DNA from: Octopus vulgaris
Lineage: Eukaryota
NCBI GenBank assembly: GCA_951406725.2
Contig: OX597821.1
Location: 20,894,001-20,958,000 of the forward strand
Direction: 5' to 3'
DNA: 64,000 nt
The notes below the pieces were generated by a model. That model ran no database searches and was not told the origin of the DNA. It was given only the letters and a program-made list of their open reading frames with translations. Numbering within the stretch: position 1 is the first letter of the stretch; each line of letters opens with the position of its first letter. Both the position numbers and the translations under genes were made by a program. This document shows, piece by piece, positions 27,191 through 40,651 of this stretch.

Positions 27191-27844
27191 GCAGCAGTAT
27201 CAGTAGCAGTTATTGTTGTTTGCTGTTGTTTATGCTGTCGCCGTGTTTTAATGCTTGTTCATGCATCATTTTGTCTTTTGATAATGGCGTCTACTCTAAA
27301 GTACATCGGGAACATGAATTAACTTAGCACCCCTACACTACATCCCCTTACCGTGCGCAACCTACCGCCGTCATCACCTACACCACTACATCATCTACTC
27401 TCCCATGCAATACACCGCAACTCTTTACCCTGCAATACCAGCCTCATGTATATTCTGGAACCTTCAAATGGTAACGCAACGTGTCCTAATCTTAGAAAAT
27501 GAAAACGAAACTAAAAGAAACAATAAAGTATAAAATACAATAATAATATTTCATCATCAATACAGAACAGATTACGTCTGATCGCCATCAAAATGGGGAT
27601 TAAAGTGTATTTATTTCCTAGCAACATAATGTTAGAAGAGGTGGATGGAGTTTTTGCATGTTTTTGCCTTGTGACTTTTTGCATATTTGTACAGTGGTTG
27701 GTTGGTTGGTCGGTCGGTCGAATGGTTGGTTGGTTGGTTTATATGTCTGTGCGTTGGTGTGTGTTTAATTCTGTGTGTTTACGAGCTTGTGTTAACGATG
27801 TCGATTTTGCTGATGCGGAGAATGATGAAGTTATGTGATCGTTG

Positions 27845-28480
27845 TCATGATGATGACAACGACGGAAACGACTACAATGAGGATGATGTCGATGAAGAAT
27901 AGAATATGTAGGCAACCTCAATCATGATGATGATGATGATGATGACAACGAGGACCACGACGATGACGACGACGATTATGTGAACGACGATGATAATAAC
28001 AGACATCATGAATGTAGAAGATGGTGACGATGATGATAACGATACGGCTACTGCTGCTCCTGCTGCTGAAGAAGATGATGATGGCGACAACGGGGATCAT
28101 TGTGATGAGGATGCTGGAAATGATGATAGTGATGATGTCGACGACGATGATGGCAAACAGGATGAATGTAAAACTTGTTCATGATGTTCATGATGATGAC
28201 GATACTGCTATCGTCGATTTTGGTTGCCCCTGCTGCTGCTACCACTTGTACTACTGCTACTGCCGCTGCTGCCACTGCTGTTACTGCTGCTGCTGCTGAT
28301 GATGATTATCATCATCATCATGAAAATGATGATGAGGATGATGACGATGGTGATGATGATGATGATGATGACGACGACGATAAAGGCGAGGCACTGATGG
28401 TGATGACCGTTCTGATAATGACCATCGCCAATAATAACAACACATTTGCTTTTAGCGACATCATCATAATCAGCAACAGC
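27845..28480. repeat. degenerate (GAT/GAC/GCT) triplet low-complexity tract
   Basis: Eroded triplet repeats that give poly-D/H/M/C ORFs in several frames. Confidence 0.85.
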
Positions 28481-28660
28481 AGCATTAGCGGAGGCATCGG
28501 GTGCAGCAACAGTAGCACAATTAACATATTTTGTGTCTTTCTTAATTCCAGAGCATGCGAAGAGACGGACATTATTGGCAACATCGACTCAGCTGTGACA
28601 GATTCAACCACCGAAGAAATTATTCCTTTTCTATGTCGCTGATGAATGTTGTGTTTTTCT

Positions 28661-28865
28661 TCTCTCTCTTTTACACTTTTACTTGTTTCAGTCATCTGAC
28701 TGCGGCCATGCTCGAGCACCGCCTTTAGTCGAGCAAATCGACCCCAGGACTTATTCTTTGTAAGCCCAGTACTTATTCTATCGGTCTCTTTTGCCGAACC
28801 GCTATTGATGGGGACGTAAAAACACCAGCATCGGTTGTCAAGCAATGCTAGGGTGACAAACACAG

Positions 28866-28924
<59 letters not shown>

Positions 28925-29064
28925 ACAGGCTTCTTTCAGTTTCCGTCTACCAAATCCACTCACAAGGCCCGGGGCTATAGTAGAAGACACTTGCCCAAGG
29001 TGCCACGCAGTGGGACTGAACCCGGGACCATGTGGTTGGTTAGCAAGCTACTTGCCACACAGCC
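28661..29064 (-). mobile_element. SINE family A
   Basis: Homologous to 5903-6350. Confidence 0.92.
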
Positions 29065-29473
29065 AATTCGATAAAATTATCGAAAACTTTTCACCAGTTA
29101 CTTTAAACACGTTCAGATTACAGATAGAGAATAAAAACTGATTGACAATTGCAGAAACTGCATCATATATATATATATATATATATGTATATGTATATGT
29201 ATATGTATACAGTTTGTGTATCAAATAGCTAACTTAAGGCGATGGCCTCATGGAGCTAATAAGCGGTCAGCTTTATTCTTATTTTTATAAGAATGCCATA
29301 TTAGTATGGCGATAACTATTATTTTCCGGGAACGCTGCCGTGTTCTCTTTTAGAGAGACTTAGTAATTTTAATATTTCTATTATTGAAAACAAGTGGATG
29401 TATTGCACTGAAACTAGGTAAATAAAACCTTCGAACAGAGATTGTCAGAAACGACACCTACTGGTCTGACTAC

Positions 29474-29515
29474 GCTACATTGAAAAGGGGCAATACCCCG
29501 AAACGCGTCTGTAGC
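29474..29515 (+). ncRNA. minimal type I hammerhead ribozyme, U3-A8 core variant
   Basis: gctaca-TTGAAAA-gggg caata cccc-GAAA-cgcg-TC-tgtagc; predicted cut after 29509. Confidence 0.8.
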
Positions 29516-29835
29516 TGTCGGTCAAGTAGTGTGGAGCAACTGACCTCCCTTGTTCGAAGGTTATATGGATACAGTTTGTGTATCAAATAGCTAAGTTAAG
29601 GCGATGGCCTCATGGAGCTAATAAGCGGTCAGCTTTATTCTTATTTTTATAAGAATGCCATATTAGTATGGCGATAACTATTATTTTCCGGGAACGCTGC
29701 CGTGTTCTCTTTTAGAGAGACTTAGTAATTTTAATATTTCTATTATTGAAAACAAGTGGATGTATTCCACCGAAACTAGGTAAATAAAACCTTCGAACAG
29801 AGATTGTCAGAAGCGACACCTACTGGTCTGACTAC

Positions 29836-29877
29836 GCTACATTGAAAAGGGGCAATACCCCGAAACGCGTCTGTAGC
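29836..29877 (+). ncRNA. minimal type I hammerhead ribozyme, U3-A8 core variant (second unit)
   Basis: Identical to 29474-29515; predicted cut after 29871. Confidence 0.8.
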
Positions 29878-29947
29878 TGTCGGTCAATATAATTTATCTG
29901 CCATATATATATATATATATATACATCTATTTTATTATTATTAGTAG

Positions 29948-30016
<69 letters not shown>

Positions 30017-30035
30017 CTAAAACTGTTTTTAAACC

Positions 30036-30191
30036 GGCGAAATGGCAGAAACGTTAGCACACCGGGCGAAATGCGTAGCCGTATTTTTCTGCTGTTACGC
30101 ACTGAGTTCAAATTCTACCTTTTGGGGTCGATAAGTTAAATACCAGTTGTCCAAAAATGTCGGGCCTTGTACATATAAAAGAAAGGATTAT
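30036..30191 (+). mobile_element. SINE family B, internally deleted
   Basis: ggcgaaatggcagaaacgttagcac...ggggtcgataag. Confidence 0.75.
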
Positions 30192-30300
30192 TTTGAAACA
30201 GTTTGATTCGTCACCATGTGACCGGTTCGGTAATCCAATCGTGAAAGTGCTAGAGATCCGTGAAATTTTAAGCAGCATGGTGCCAAATTATTCTGTTTCC

Positions 30301-30515
30301 AATAATCCTTTCTACTATAGGCAAAATGTCTGGAATTAGCGGTGAGGGGGCTAGTCAAATCGATCCCATTACTTGACTGGTTCTTAATTTATCGACTTCT
30401 AATTGATGAAAGGCAAAGTCGACATTGGCAGAATCTGAACTCAGAACGTAGCGACGGGCGAAATACCGCTAAGCATTTCGTCCAACGCGCTAGAGATTCT
30501 GCCTGCTCAATGCCT
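30301..30515 (-). mobile_element. SINE family B, diverged
   Basis: Reverse-complement match: ttatcgac...gatgaaaggcaaagtcgac...gaactcagaacgt...gctaagcatttcg. Confidence 0.8.
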
Positions 30516-30614
30516 TCCACTAATAATACATATAACTTCTACTAAATGTTTTGAGTGGATGTTCCTTCTGTTTGTCTACTCACTCGTATAAACATACAGG
30601 CATATATACATACA

Positions 30615-31013
30615 CAGGAGTGGCTGGTGGTAAGTAGCTTGTTTACCAACCACATGGTTCCGGGTTCAGTCCCACTGCGTGGCACCTTGGGCAAGTGTCT
30701 TCTACCATAGCCTCGGGCCGACCAAAGCCGTGTGAGTGGATTTGGTAGACGGATACTGAAAGAAGCCCGTCGTACATATGTATATATATATATATATGCG
30801 TGTGTGTGTGTTTGTGTGTCTGTGTTTGTCTCCCTAGCATTGCTTGACAACCGATGCTGGTGTGTTTATGTCCCCGTTAATTAGCGGTTCGGCAAAAGGG
30901 AACGATGGAATAAGTATTGGGCTTACAAAAGAATAAGTCCTGGGGTCGAGTTGCTCGATTAAAGGCGGTGCTCCGGCATGGCCGCAGTCAAATGACTGAA
31001 ACAAGTAAAAGAA
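30615..31013 (+). mobile_element. SINE family A
   Basis: Near full-length match to the other family A copies. Confidence 0.92.
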
Positions 31014-31029
31014 TATGCATATACTTCTG

Positions 31030-31360
31030 TAGGTGAGTGTAAATGGGTAAAACTCCTCTTCCGCCATGGATAATCATGGGAGTGCACCTGGAAAGTTTCC
31101 CACTACTCGAGGCACAACTCAGCGCGAAGTTGTTTATGGAAGACTAGCAGCAGTCACCCATACCAACTTCCACTCTCCATGCCACCGATGTTAACCATGT
31201 GAAAGACAGAGCTTGATACAGTTTGGCTGCAGTGATGTCGAATCTCATTTCTACAGTTCAGTGAACAGAAGCAACGTGGAATAACGTGTTTTGCTCAAGA
31301 ACACAACACACACAGCCCGGAAATTGAAATTTCTACCTCATGACTGTGAGCCCGGCGCTG
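31030..31360 (-). mobile_element. old tRNA-derived SINE of a fourth type
   Basis: gtgttttgctcaagaacacaac...ggaaattgaaa...catgactgtgagcccggcgc is the reverse of a tRNA head followed by a cttgagcaa.acac segment common in metazoan SINEs. Confidence 0.5.
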
Positions 31361-31498
31361 AGACGACTGAGATATGTGTGTGTGTTTGTGTGTGTGTATT
31401 TGTGTATATATATGTGCATTGCAGTAAAAATGAAAAACACACCCAGCACTGAAGTGTATCCAGCCTACATTTAGAGTAGCAATGTTTATTTTGTCGAA

Positions 31499-31887
31499 GG
31501 CGAAATGCTTTCCGGTATTTCGTCTGCCGTTACGTTCTGAGCTCAAATTCCGCCGAGGTCGACTTTCATCCTTTCGGGGTCGATAAATTAAGTACCAGTT
31601 ACGCACTGGGGTTTATGTAATCGACTTAATCCATTCGTCACTCCTTGTTTGTCCCCTCTGTGTTTAGCCCCTTGTGGACGATAAAGAAATAAGAAACGTT
31701 AGCACGCCGGGCAAAATGCTTAGAGATATTTCGTCTGTCATTACGTTCAAATTCCACCGAGGTCAACTTTGCTTTTCATCCTTTCGAAGTCGATAAATTA
31801 AGTACCAGTTGCGTACTGGGGTCGATCTAATCGTCTGGACCCTCCCCAAAAATTTCGAGCTTTGTGCCTAGAGTGGAAAAGAATATT
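31499..31887 (+). mobile_element. SINE family B head-to-tail dimer
   Basis: Two consecutive 5'-clipped copies (~31499-31692 and ~31693-31887) with different 3' tails. Confidence 0.85.
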
Positions 31888-34875
31888 CATTTTGTTAACG
31901 AAACCCTATAAGTGTCGTCTTGTTGATTGTGAAACCATAATGTCAATAACAGAGTATGAACTTGTGGTCCCATAGAACCACTGATGCCCTCTTGAGATTA
32001 CGGACAATTAATTACTCCTATAGGGTCTGAGGCATAAGTGTCAGAACAATTCTATTGCAGTTATTACTTATTCCTCCAATACAACAGAACTGTAACTAAC
32101 AATTAAGCATGGTGCTCAGTTTGTTACAAATGACAGTAAACTTGAAAAGGGAAGCTTACGCTTTATTTGTTATTTCTAGATAATCAGTACTCAAACATAA
32201 TACGAGATATTTATGCATGGAATACATTACCACCTAGGTCGAGTTGATCTGCACTTAAACAACAAAAGCAAATTAAGAGAACAATCGTGGAAGAACATTA
32301 GTGGCAACTATGACATTTGTACTCGTTTAGTATATCAAAGGATACATTTTAAAATGTAACATTATTTTAGGAACCCAAGGAGGGATTTGACGTTGAAGTG
32401 GTGACCATATACTAGCTTTATTATTTTTTTTCATGGATTAAATCATTTGATGTGTATCACCAATGATGATGGTCAGTCAAATAGTAATCGATTAAATCTG
32501 TGCATTTCTAGACAAGAAATTAAGTCATATGAAACGGTAAATCTGCCCGGAGTTGCCCAAAGAATAATACATAAGAGGCACACCAACGGAAATAATTTTG
32601 GTCTTTCAAAGAAAAGGAGAATGACACAGAAAATATAACTTTGCATAATAAAAATGACCTGATACTCACTGATGGGATTCATTTTACGGTGTGTTTGCTC
32701 GATCAAAATAACTTGGATCTAAAAAAAGAAAATAAAAGCATCAAGAGCAACAAAAGCGAGATTATATAAACACGTAACAACGCCTGCGCTAATCCTGTAT
32801 GACGAAAATATATTTTTGTCTGTGCTGTTTGATTAGATTAAAACAAATAGAGAGAAAAAAAATATGGTGTAATGATGAAATAAAAAAAAAAACTGTTGTA
32901 GCGGGATATTAATTACATTGAAACAATATAACAAAAACAAGAAAGGGAAATACAAAATAGTAAACAACGATCCTATTAAATTATATCATATTTATTCATG
33001 AAGACCGCTTTCCGTGTGTTTATGTTTGTGTTCTAGAATCTTCTTCAGAATTCAGTTGCCAATCTGACATGAATTATTTCAACAGACGTTGGTGACTCAA
33101 TCAGTTTATATAATGAGAAATCTTTCAGTCCCATCCTTTGTATGTATATGAGCTCGTGTATAAAGTGATGATGTGTGTACGAATGTGTGTATGTATGTAT
33201 AGTGTAGTTTACAGTAAAACGCATGTTTTGCTTTCTGTATGTCTTTAAAAATCCCTCAGCAGTCTTTGCTATGTATACACATGTAAAATATTTAGTTTAT
33301 GGACAAATGCTTTTGTAGTGTATAAATCGAATGCAAATATTTCCTATGCAAATATTATAAATTCGCTGTGCATATGATTCCTACGGTTAATCCACAATGC
33401 TACGTTCGCTTGAAATAGTCATCAAGTTTAACCTTAGTCTGAGGCAGAACCATTAGCGATGTGAACATGACCGCATGTAATATAATAATGGCTAGTGTAT
33501 GTTTCCTGATGCTCACGTAAAAAAGATATCTACGACTTGAGTACTCTGATCCAGAGGACTTATCACCAAAGGAAGAAAGACATCTTCCAGGAGAAATTCA
33601 TGCTAGGAAATAACTTCTTCAGACACTTACAAGTTCTGGGACAGGGTTCATCCCTCGAGCGTGTAAATCACCGAAACCTTTCTTAGCACAGGCTTTCGGG
33701 CAGTTTTCCATTGTCCATAGTTACGGCACAAGGGTTTGCATGATTGACAGACATTTTTCTTTGCTTTCAAGTTTTTATCGACCTCTTCAATTTCCAGATG
33801 TAAAAGGAAGACGTGCGTTCTCTAAACAAAAGTAGTGTCCTTCAATCAGTTTGTTGAAAGCCAGTGACGATATGGTCCTCATGAACACGCCTACTTTCAG
33901 CGTGCATATAAAGGACGGAAGATAAAGTTTCGAAAGACCAATTCAGTTGTTAGCTGGATTAGCAGGAGGTGGATGTCATGCCATAGTAATGGTTCATGCC
34001 GTTTAGCATTACAGAAATGCTGCTTTTCTTACTTGCTTCCGCATGATACCATAGAAATTCTCACCATTTGTAATTTGTTCCTTCAAGCCATGACCTTGTG
34101 GAATGTTGAAGAAAAATATAATTATCACGTTTTCAACAGTTCTATTTTGTGTTCACTGACAAACAGATGAACATCCGACTATCTGAAAGGCTTGCGGCAT
34201 TGTCTTTTCAGAATGTAAAATTATATTTGTATTGTTTATAGAACACATCCGTTCGAGTTGGTTTTGGTTTTAGATGTTGATCTTTCTGTTTCTGGTGTTC
34301 ATTTAGTATTCTGTATGTTGCGTTGAATATGTTATGTGAATTTATTTTAGTTGAATGGATCGTGTCTTCGCTTCGTACGTACTGCGTCATTGCTATACTA
34401 TGTTTGAATTCCATCAGTTATTATAAAGAGCAAGTGTTTTTGGTTTGTAATGGCACGTTTATAACTTATGAGTTGTGTCATTACTACTATAGCAGGGAAG
34501 TATATGTATTCTGAAATTTTGTTTGATATTGAACATGTCTTGTTATTTTCTTGGCTCTATTATTTCATAAGGTATAACCTGTATTGTTAAGAGCGAGGTG
34601 ATTTGTGCTACTAAACAGAACACTTCATGCAAAAGACCAAATTTTTCTTTAGCGGCGCAATATTTCGGATTGATAGTAATGCTGACACTCTTTGTATGGT
34701 TCCTAATGTTTTCTTCATAACTTATACTACAACTCCAGTTATTTTCGGTACTCTTTTCACTCCTACGCCCAACACCCTGCTTATTTCAATTGCTAAGACC
34801 TTGTATTTTGAAAATCACCCCAAACCGTTTACAATAATCTTGTGTCAATTGCGATCGAGATATCTAAAATACATA

Positions 34876-35192
<317 letters not shown>

Positions 35193-35202
35193 CTAAGAGC
35201 AC

Positions 35203-35239
35203 GTGTGTTTGAACAGGTTAATCGAAAGCGTTTACACAC
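35203..35239 (+). ncRNA. degenerate minimal hammerhead-like motif
   Basis: gtgtgt-TTGAACA-ggttaatc-GAAA-gcgt-TT-acacac; stem I perfect, core position 8 unpaired, weak stem II. Confidence 0.35.
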
Positions 35240-36750
35240 ACTAGGTAATAATCTTCTTGCAAAAGAGGTTAGTAACATCCTGATAAAATATTATATAACT
35301 TACTTTAAGAAATATTTTTTGAAAAACATCCCCATTATACTTAAAAACCGTATTGAGTAATTTTCACAAAGAGTTTCAAATATATATATATATAATCTCA
35401 ATCAGTGTGCTCCCTTCAGGTTGCCCTCTTCGAATAGTTAGGACCAGCTGAGAGCTATAATTGAATGCACTAGAATTGAGCCTAAATCGTTTGAAACACA
35501 AGCCGAGACCGTATTAAGTGGAGGTGTTCCATCACCGCCGACACCAAACACTCTGAAGCCACCAGGAGAGAAAAAGAAAGAAATCAAATGACAGGAAATA
35601 AGTGCTAGACAAAATCACTGTTGTCCTCCAACAACGTTACCATGCAGCCAATGTCATCGACTCTGCTTTGCAAGAATTTGTCTACAGAGTCATAATCAAC
35701 GGTATCTCCATAAAACAAGCGTTTTCTTTCTATATTATCATCCGATCCACCGGTACCATCAACGGCATTGCCAACATGACCATCACCACTATCACCACAG
35801 CCAACACAACAACAAAATCCACAACCACAACCACAACAATCACAACTATCATCATCAACATTAATATCAACAACACATCCTTAATAAACATCAAGATCAT
35901 CACAACCACGACCATCTCCTACACCACCCTCACCACTACCGTCATCACTACATCGCCATCGTCACAACCACTACCATCTACACCTGCATCATATCCAACA
36001 TCATTACCATACTGTAACGCAACATCACTTCTACTTTAAAGTATTCCTTAATCACCGCCGACCCCATAAATTCATCCCACTTGAATCAATACCAGTTCCA
36101 CTGACATTTGTGCGGCCATTACTCCCATTGCCTTTCCAGTTAAGATTCCACAGTCATCTTTCTCGTCACCATCACAACCAGATGTAATCTTGATAAAAAA
36201 CAATTATCCTAAAACAACCTACATGTTTTAACTAACTAACAAGACAATCAATGTTATTTAATGCATTCACAGTAAAAATAAAATCAGTCCACACACACAC
36301 ACACGCACACACACAGACACACACACATACACACACACTGAGGAATCTACATAAGGCCACAAAAATACATGCAAATGCATTGAGCAGCAGGTAAGCAAGA
36401 AACCCGCAGAAAAAGAACATTAAAAGCAAACATTATGCAGAGCACAAGTCACGTTTTCTTTTTAACTGTTGCTTTCTATTGTCTTTTAACATTATTGATG
36501 AGCACATGAGTTCAAATGACGCCGGGGTTGACTTTGACTCAAATCCTTTCGGAGTTGATAAATGAAGTACCATTTGAACACTGGGGTCAATGTAACCAGC
36601 TTACCTCCTCCCCCCCAAAAAGCTGGCCGTGTGCCAAAATTTGAAACCAGTGTTTAAAAAGGAATATGGGTCTCTTCTGCCCTGCTCCTCATCAACAAAG
36701 CTGTCTTTAAGGAAGTCAAGCAAGTACGATGTACCTAGATATCAAAATCA

Positions 36751-36887
36751 AGTGGAGGGTGCAATGGCCCAGTGGTTAGGGCAGCGGACTCGAGGTCGGA
36801 GGATCGCAGTTTCGATTCCCAGACCGGGCGTTGTCTGTGTTTATTGAGCGAAAACACCTAAGGCTCCACGAGGCTCCGACAGGGGGT
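36751..36887 (+). mobile_element. SINE family C, 5' part, truncated by the adjacent insertion
   Basis: Matches 39650-39787, then breaks off. Confidence 0.85.
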
Positions 36888-37505
36888 GAAATATAATTAA
36901 TTTAATAAAATCAATAAATTTCACCTAGTAATTATATTTCACCCTTTATCTGTATTGAATACTTTTACTCCCCTACGACAAAACTACGAAACTTCGTTTC
37001 GGCAGTATTGGATTTTGGAGGGAGACACGGATTCGCATGTCTATATAAATGTGAATATGCTAGTGGACTTTTGTATCATTCGATGTCGCTTGGTCGAATA
37101 TATAAAAGGTAAGTATTTCCTAGCATTTCTAGATTTATGGGAATTATTATGTTGATAATTATTATGTTTCTAATCCAGAAACGTACGTCCATAATTAATC
37201 CAGAAACGTACGTCCATAATTAATCCAGTAGACTGTGTGGTTTCGTTGTTTTTCTTCTTTTACCATTTGTGAGTTACGAATGCTGTTGTTTTGTGGAGAC
37301 TTATTTTTGTAGTAAAAGAAATAGTAGCCCTTTGACTGCTATTTCTAATATTTTCGGTATGTGGTTTAAGCAGCTTGTTGCAAAAAAAACCCTTATTATA
37401 ATTACATAAATTTTTTACCGAATATGGTCCTTTTCCATACCGAAATGCCTCTAGGTGAAATTTATTGATTTTATTAAATTAATTATATTTCACCCTTTAT
37501 CTGTA
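36884..37505. mobile_element. element with inverted plus direct terminal duplication (Penelope-like insertion architecture)
   Basis: 45-bp inverted copy gggtgaaatataattaatttaataaaatcaataaatttcacctag (~36884-36928) of ~37452-37496; direct repeat taattatatttcaccctttatctgta at ~36929 and ~37480; internal 25-bp tandem at 37171-37228; ends at (TA)n. Confidence 0.6.
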
Positions 37506-37508
37506 TAT

Positions 37509-37573
<65 letters not shown>

Positions 37574-38804
37574 GAGACAATTACTATGTTCTTATTAACA
37601 TAAGTGACATAGTACTTAATTACTGCGCAGAGAAAAAAATGACAATATAGAACGTCAATTTAATATGGAAGTGGGTTTCGTGAATATTTACTTATCTGTC
37701 TTTCTGCGAGTGTATATGTGTGCATATGCGCGTATGCATAAGTGAGCATGAATGTGCGTGGGCGCATATATGTTTGGATATATGTGCGTATTTGTATAAT
37801 ATACAGATACATACATACATACATATATGTATGTGCGTGTGAGCGTGTGTATACGTATGTATATGCATGTATATATATATATATATGTATATAAAATTAT
37901 TAATTTCCCAATCTCCATTTTCTTTTTGTCCTTTATATATATATGCATAAATGTGTATGTGTGTGTATGTATCTCTGTGGGTGTGTACATTTATACATTT
38001 ACGTGTGTATTTGTCAATATATGTACGGATGTATTTTCCATTAATAAATAATATATACTCTATATTCATCAAGCGATGTCTACACAATTTCTAGTCATGT
38101 GTGAAATTAGAAAAAAAAAAGCAAATCGAACTATTTAAACGCTGTCTGAACCTAAATCTATAAATAAATTTAGTTATTTCAATGAAAATTTAATACAAAA
38201 CTACTAAATGCTAAAGCAAAATCTATTTCCATATACCTCATATTACTATGGTTATTGTTAAAGTTACATCTGCCACATAGCAATATGTATCCGGTAAATA
38301 ATCATTATTAAAATTACAGATGAAATGAAGAGATCAACGTGACTGGTGTTGGGGGTATATTTTGGTTATAGTTTAGATGTATATCAAATAGATTATGTGA
38401 CGATGTCTGGTTTATGCTATATGTACCCGACTGTAAATATCACAATAAACATTCATTTATATTAATTAATAAAAGTCTTGCTTATATTTTGTCATCTATG
38501 TTGATGGCAGCTTTTATCAATAGGCTAATCACTTGTAGAGAATGACTGTAGTATCCTGAACCTAAGCTGATTTTCGTTTAACAACTATTAATTTAAAGTA
38601 TTTTCCTCATGTATAATTGGATCTAATGTTATTTAACCGGCACGTATAATATTCAGTAATTTACTCCCGTTCATTATCAGATGTTATTAGCTGAACACCA
38701 TTATACAACTATTATTTTAAGTAGGACACACTCATAACATATATATGTATGAATATGTGTACATATTTATACATAGATACTTACATACAAACATACATAC
38801 AAAT

Positions 38805-39345
38805 AACAGTGTAAAATTAACGTCGGGACTCGAGGCGATACAGCGAAGCTACACGGAGAAGATCGTCACAATGCGATATTTCAGCTACTGGGAGGGACTG
38901 AAAAAGTTAAAAGTCTACTCCCAAGAACGTAGGTGGGAAAGATACCCAGTCATATACATCAGGAAAATCCTAGATGAACTTGTACCAAAAGTCGGCATTG
39001 CCAGTTATACAAACAGCAGGACTGTGCGTCACTGCATAGTACCAAATATCCCAGCATTCCCTTCAGGATACAGGACTAGATACTGCAACAGCTTGGGCTT
39101 CAAATGTCCACATCTCCTCGGTATCCTCCCACAAAGCCTGAGAGACCCGCATGGCGTTTTCAAAATAAAACTGGATCTCCTTTTAAGAGCTCCAGATGAA
39201 CCTACCTCAACTCAAGAAACACAGATGAGGGCAGCAACGTCAAACTCCCTCATTCACCAGATGCTTTGCATCAGAGTGAAAGTGTAGCAAAGAAAACAGC
39301 AGTGTCCCAGTATGGCTGCAACTCTATGGCTAAAGATACAAAAAG
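38805..39345 (+). mobile_element. CR1-clade LINE 3' end (ORF2 C-terminus and 3' UTR)
   Basis: LEAIQRSYTEKI...SYWEGLKKLKVYSQERRWERY.VIYIRKIL matches the CR1 post-RT LE.VQR..T..I...SY.ERL..L.LYSLERRR.R motif. Confidence 0.88.
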
Positions 39346-39649
39346 TATTCGCGCGCACACACATATTCGTGTGCGTATACATCGAGGATTAACCTTTTGA
39401 TATGTCGTATTAAAAATGGAGCGACTACGTTCAATTTTAATATTTATTATCTAGTGTTTCCTTTGAGAGATTGAATTTATAATAAGTGGCAAACCTGGTA
39501 TCTTAATTTGCAAAATTATGTTTTAAAAATGAGTCATGAACATTCACAATAGGCAAAATGTTGAAAACAATACAAATAATCAAAACCGACTTATTTATTC
39601 CAGAAATATCTCTTCAACTCACATTTATATATGAGATAATATAATCAGT

Positions 39650-40035
39650 AGTGGAGGCGCAATGGCCCAGTGGTTAGGGCAGCGGACTCGCGGTCGTAGG
39701 ATCGCGGTTTCGATTCCCAGACCGGGCGTTGTGAGTGTTTATTAAGCGAAAACACCTAAAAGCTCCACGAGGCTCCGGCAGGGGGTGGTAATCCCTGCTG
39801 TACTCTTTCACCACAACTTTCTCTCACTCTTACTTCCTGTTTCTGTTGTACCTGTATTTCAAAGGACCGGCCTTGTCACTCTCTGTGTCACGCTGAATAT
39901 CCCCGAGAACTACGTTAAGGGTACACGTGTCTGTGGAGTGCTCAGCCACTCACACGTTAATTTCACGAGCAGGCTATTCCGTTGATCGGATCAACCGGAA
40001 CCCTCGTCGTCGTAACCGACGGAGTGCTTCCATCC
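39650..40035 (+). mobile_element. tRNA-derived SINE family C, full length with TSD
   Basis: Head tggcccagtggttagg...ggtttcgattccc (A/B boxes); 12-bp TSD aatataatcagt at 39638-39649 and 40036-40047. Confidence 0.93.
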
Positions 40036-40610
40036 AATATAATCAGTTGACGGTTATAAAGTATTTACTTTAGGTAACAGCAGCATGATTGAAGGGTGAG
40101 TTCAAAAATCAAGATTTATTGTAAACATTAAAATCACTGAGGACGATGACTTCAGGTACATGTGAAGTGATATATATATACGTTTGATGCAAGAATACAT
40201 ATGATCGCTTACATGTCTTACTGGTGATTTGGAGGAGTCCAGAGAGCCATAGTGGAAGCTGATATACTTGAAAAAGTGGGTGGGGGAAGTACCTTAGAGG
40301 TAAATTTCTTGAAGTTTCTTCTTACCAAACAATAAAAATCTGAGTGGCGGGGAGAATAAAATCTATATATGGGCTGACCCCAACTTTATAACTAAAATAT
40401 ATAACATAACGTATGTCTCAGAAATTAACTATTGAAAATATTTTATAAATGTGCTTGTTGGAGATGCTTGTTCGCGAGTAAGAGTCGTTAAATGAAGATC
40501 TTCGCTGGATCCCATTGCATACATTTTGTAGAAGACGAGGAAGAAGTGGAATTTTGCAGCATATTTTTAATTGTTTTTAATTAAGAGGAAGTTTAAGAAA
40601 GTGTAAACTG

Positions 40611-40651
40611 TGTCGGAGTGCTTTGTGCTTTGAACACAAAGCACTCCGACA
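40611..40651. repeat. perfect 17-bp-arm hairpin
   Basis: tgtcggagtgctttgtg-ctttgaa-cacaaagcactccgaca. Confidence 0.95.

Larger units (their letters stand above)
29207..29887 (+). mobile_element. 362-bp tandem (1.9 units) hammerhead-bearing element, retrozyme/Penelope pLTR-like
   Basis: atacagtttgtgtatc at 29207 and 29569 (period 362); units differ at about 4 positions; one hammerhead per unit; flanked by TA-type repeats. Confidence 0.88.

Noticed and set aside
27872-28887. Acidic/His/Cys-rich ORFs resembling low-complexity proteins
   Set aside because: Eroded triplet repeats are open in several frames on both strands; part of the region is SINE A.
29207-29887. CRISPR-like or satellite interpretation of the repeats
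   Set aside because: Eukaryotic context and no repeat-spacer structure; the units are whole-length duplicates.
33540-34480. Possible decayed coding sequence on the minus strand (CRNYG...CAKKG..H, gag-like)
   Set aside because: Motifs are too fragmentary to assign without a translated search.
39651-39725. tRNA gene candidate
   Set aside because: The tRNA-like head continues into a SINE body enclosed by a TSD; no clean cloverleaf or terminator.
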